Positions 59,734 through 64,000 of a stretch of 64,000 bases of DNA are shown one piece after another. The notes under the pieces were generated by a model. The model saw nothing but the letters and a program-made list of their open reading frames with translations, was not told where the DNA came from and ran no database searches. How positions within the stretch are numbered: position 1 is the stretch's first letter; each line of letters begins with the position of its first letter. The stretch is from an uncultured Phycisphaerales bacterium (GTDB lineage: Bacteria > Planctomycetota > Phycisphaerae > Sedimentisphaerales > Anaerobacaceae): positions 1,216,001-1,280,000 of the forward strand of contig OY970359.1 of NCBI GenBank assembly GCA_963718665.1. Direction: 5' to 3'. A program made the translations under genes and the position numbers.

Positions 59734-60117
59734 TTGTGTGCAAGCATTTTCCTGGAAAACAGAAAAAACACTTCGCCGGAAATAATCGTTCGTTCCATCG
59801 TCCATCGAATGGGTTATCGTTACGCTTTACATCGCAGCGACCTTCCCGGCCATCCGGATATCGTTCTGGTCAAACACAAAAAAATAATCTTTGTTCATGG
59901 CTGTTTCTGGCATATGCACCGCTGCCGATACGGCCGAGTTATACCCGCTACTCGAACAGAATTCTGGCAAAATAAACGTCGCGGCAACGTCCTCCGTGAC
60001 AAACGAAATACCCGAAAGTTAAAGAATATGGGCTGGAAGGTTCTTATTATATGGGAATGTCAAATCCGTAACTCTGAAAAACTCCCCGCCATCCTTAAAA
60101 AGTTCCTTGCCCCCTAA
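59734..60117 (+). pseudogene. vsr: Very short patch repair endonuclease, N-terminally truncated
   Basis: KNTSPE, LPGHPDIV, FVHGCFWH, GWKVLIIWEC; usual N-terminal about 20 aa absent; only TTG 59734 as nearby start. Confidence 0.8.
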
Positions 60118-60201
60118 CCCCCCAAAACAAGTCCCGTTTTTTCGTTAAAAACCGAGGTTTACCCGCCTCCGGCGGCCTCCTAATTACGAAATACTAAATA
60201 C

Positions 60202-60246
60202 GAACGACTAACCACTATCGACTAACCACTAACGACTATCGACTAA
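60202..60246. repeat. Degenerate 7-nt tandem repeat
   Basis: ACGACTA ACCACTA TCGACTA ACCACTA ACGACTA TCGACTA. Confidence 0.8.
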
Positions 60247-60527
60247 TTAAATCCGTGTCTTTCCTCGACTTAAATCAGTAGTTTCGGCCAGTTCCGGCAA
60301 GTTTGCCGATGAACGACGCAGTCGGTCTTGTGGACGAGATACGGGCCAATCGCACCCCTTACCGGGGAGAATTGGCCGCAGCGAGTACACATCCCTGGCC
60401 GAAACCTTCGTGTAGCTTCGCGCTCTCCGTGGTAAAAAGCTGTCTGTGGTTTAAATATCTTTGCGTTCTCCGCGGTCTCTGCGGAAAACCGCCCCTCAAA
60501 AAAATTTTATTTTTTCCATTTTCGTCC

Positions 60528-60555
60528 TTGACGTCTGTCGTAATTGTAGTACAAT
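60528..60555 (+). promoter_or_regulatory. rRNA promoter
   Basis: TTGACG-N16-TACAAT with AT-rich upstream tract. Confidence 0.7.
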
Positions 60556-60826
60556 TGCTCTTCTCAATGGTCAAGCTAACAACGATGTTGCTTGGCCATT
60601 GGTGTCTTAACAAGGCACAAGTTGTTCTTTTACAAGTTAACAGTATAGCCAAATACAGCAACGAAAGTGCATTTTTAACCCTCCGTAGCCCGCAGGGCGA
60701 AGGGGGGTCTCAGCACTTTCGATGTGTGTGCCAATGAATGTGTTGAGCCTTTCATCCCGCTTGTCGGGATGAGAATTAACAAGACGACCTCCGTTCGGCG
60801 ACTTAATCGCCGGCGGATCGATGAAT

Positions 60827-62394
<1,568 letters not shown>

Positions 62395-62479
62395 AGGATA
62401 TATTTAGACCTCGCCCTTATGGGGTGAGTGTATTAGTCAGACATTTTCGTTGCTGTGGCTTGCTGTTACTTGAAAAGAT

Positions 62480-62509
62480 AAGCCCCGTGTGACCCACGGG
62501 GCTTTTTTT
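62480..62509 (+). terminator. Rho-independent terminator after 16S
   Basis: AAGCCCCGTG-TGACC-CACGGGGCTT then T run. Confidence 0.85.
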
Positions 62510-63069
62510 ATTTTTATGAACCCAATGAAAGACCCACCCCCACACTTGTCTGCCACCCACTGCCCCCTCTGCTTGTTTGCACAAGCAAACTGAGGGGGCA
62601 AAGCGTGGGGGCGTGCGACAAGTAGCCGTGGGGGCAGGCAGATTACACGGATGGACACGGATTAAGTCAGCCGGGGGCGTAATCGACAAGACCTGTGCTC
62701 CAAATAAGATTTGTGCGCCACGCCTTGGTCTCTTCCGCGGCCCCTTAGGGGCCGCTGTTACCAGCGTTCCGGCTGACAATAATAACAATAACCAAAACAA
62801 CTGGGTCCCTGCCAACGGCATGCGGGGATCTACGCTTCGCTCCGAGCGGATAAACTACACTACTACTGGACCCCAGATAACGACGTTTTGGGGTCTTCCC
62901 CCTTCGCTAAGAGCTACGGCGGGACAGGCCGCTACGCTGCGGAAAGTTTGCCTATTTTAACAGGAAGAGGGGGGCGTTTTTTTCATTCCCGCAAAGGAAT
63001 CTGCTGCCAGCACTACAGAGCAGCTGGTCCCTTTATCGTCCGATACTAGGGGTTCCCATCTGAGGTTCT

Positions 63070-64000
63070 TTATTTCGCGAGCTCCTTTGCTATATCCCCC
63101 GAGATCACCAATTCCGAGATTACCTTGGCTGTCTTTTGATGATTGAGAAGAGCTGCTATTACTCGTGCCTTCTTTTGTGAACTTGCGATAACGATAACGC
63201 CAGGTTCCCGCTGGGCGATCTTTTCGAGATCCTCCAGAGTAAGGCCGAAGATGCGATCGTTGACCTTGGAAATTGTAGAATTAACCTTACCAGTTTCTCC
63301 GTTTTTTGTAAGATAACGCCCCGCGATATCACCAACAGCTTCCTTGAGCAGCTTTTCCTTTTCTTCGTCCCCCAACAAAGGCGGCGCTGCTTCGCCTTTT
63401 TCAAGAGATCCAAAGCCGGTCTCTAAATCGCCTACTGATGTTATTACTGTGTCTAGTTTTTCGACCGCGCTCTCTTGACCATTGACGAAAATGTCGTGAT
63501 AAATAGGGATTGCCTCAACAAATGCTCTTGCGATTTGGAGTTCGTCCCCGGGGCTCAGTTTTTTGGCTATTGTGTCGAGTTTGGATTTGATGGTTTTATC
63601 ATTTGAGAATAGCCTGAGGAATGCAGGAGGAACATAGGCCGGCGTTTCCAGAAAGCGTCGTTGGCATTTGTCGGTACCTAAAATCCTGGCCAAGCGATTG
63701 GTAAGATATGAGGCACTACATTCGAGCCAATTGCTGTGGCGTTTATCGTCAAAAGGGAATGATAGAGAGCCGCAGATAGTCACGATAATTCGCGAGATAT
63801 CTGATGTATTGTTCTTCAGGACGTTTTGAACATCTGTGCTAAAATGCTCAAGGGCATCAACCATTTTCTGAAGGGTTCTACCATAACTGAGTCCAATCAC
63901 TTTCATATCAGGAATTCGCTCAATAAAAATCTTCGCTGCAGCATGAGCAACCAATCGCATATTTATCTCGTCTATCGCCTCGTTTGTTAAGGAGGAAGCA
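63070..64000 (-). CDS. SorC/DeoR-family regulator, sugar-binding domain (5' end outside window)
   Basis: IGLSYGRTL, AVGDIAGRY, GLTLEDL, KARVIAAL; frame open to the window edge. Confidence 0.8.
   Translation of the reverse strand, partial: ASSLTNEAIDEINMRLVAHAAAKIFIERIPDMKVIGLSYGRTLQKMVDALEHFSTDVQNVLKNNTSDISRIIVTICGSLSFPFDDKRHSNWLECSASYLTNRLARILGTDKCQRRFLETPAYVPPAFLRLFSNDKTIKSKLDTIAKKLSPGDELQIARAFVEAIPIYHDIFVNGQESAVEKLDTVITSVGDLETGFGSLEKGEAAPPLLGDEEKEKLLKEAVGDIAGRYLTKNGETGKVNSTISKVNDRIFGLTLEDLEKIAQREPGVIVIASSQKKARVIAALLNHQKTAKVISELVISGDIAKELAK

Noticed and set aside
60202..60246. CRISPR array
   Set aside because: Only a 7-nt tandem repeat without spacers; no regularly spaced repeats or cas genes in the window
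60281..60405. Hammerhead ribozyme or 5S rRNA
   Set aside because: CCGATGA rather than CTGATGA with no properly placed GAAA; no 5S CCGAAC motif
62577..62960. 127-aa ORF with poly-Asn
   Set aside because: Runs through hairpins and a low-complexity linker; no RBS or motifs

Overview
This window is a mostly housekeeping bacterial chromosome segment. By inference from 16S signatures, an unlinked 16S gene and protein style, it is probably Planctomycetota (Phycisphaerae/Sedimentisphaerales-like). Core genes: tRNA-Ser(CGA), hisA, spoVG, ispE, aconitase, hisD, alaS, recA, thpR, gltX, thrS (frameshifted), infC-rpmI-rplT-pheS, rfbACDB plus a polysaccharide-modification cluster, lpxD/lpxI, uvrB-nadC-birA-lipB/lipA, tldD/tldE, glnS, trpC and smpB. 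It also holds a small accessory islet (REP-flanked Y1 transposase, HNH nuclease, truncated vsr) and a stand-alone 16S rRNA gene. Most notable: (1) a nested chimeric locus at 51.2-52.3 kb, where a diverged glnS-tail/TSUP/trpC-tail segment sits inside a second, broken TSUP gene between intact glnS and trpC; (2) a MetF-MetV-AcsE-like triple fusion; (3) an XRE-like HTH inserted in GluRS; (4) several small palindromic repeat families, some entering coding sequence; (5) unexplained structured elements around the 16S gene; (6) apparent D-x-N motif enrichment in exported proteins. All calls are from motif recognition by eye; no searches were run.
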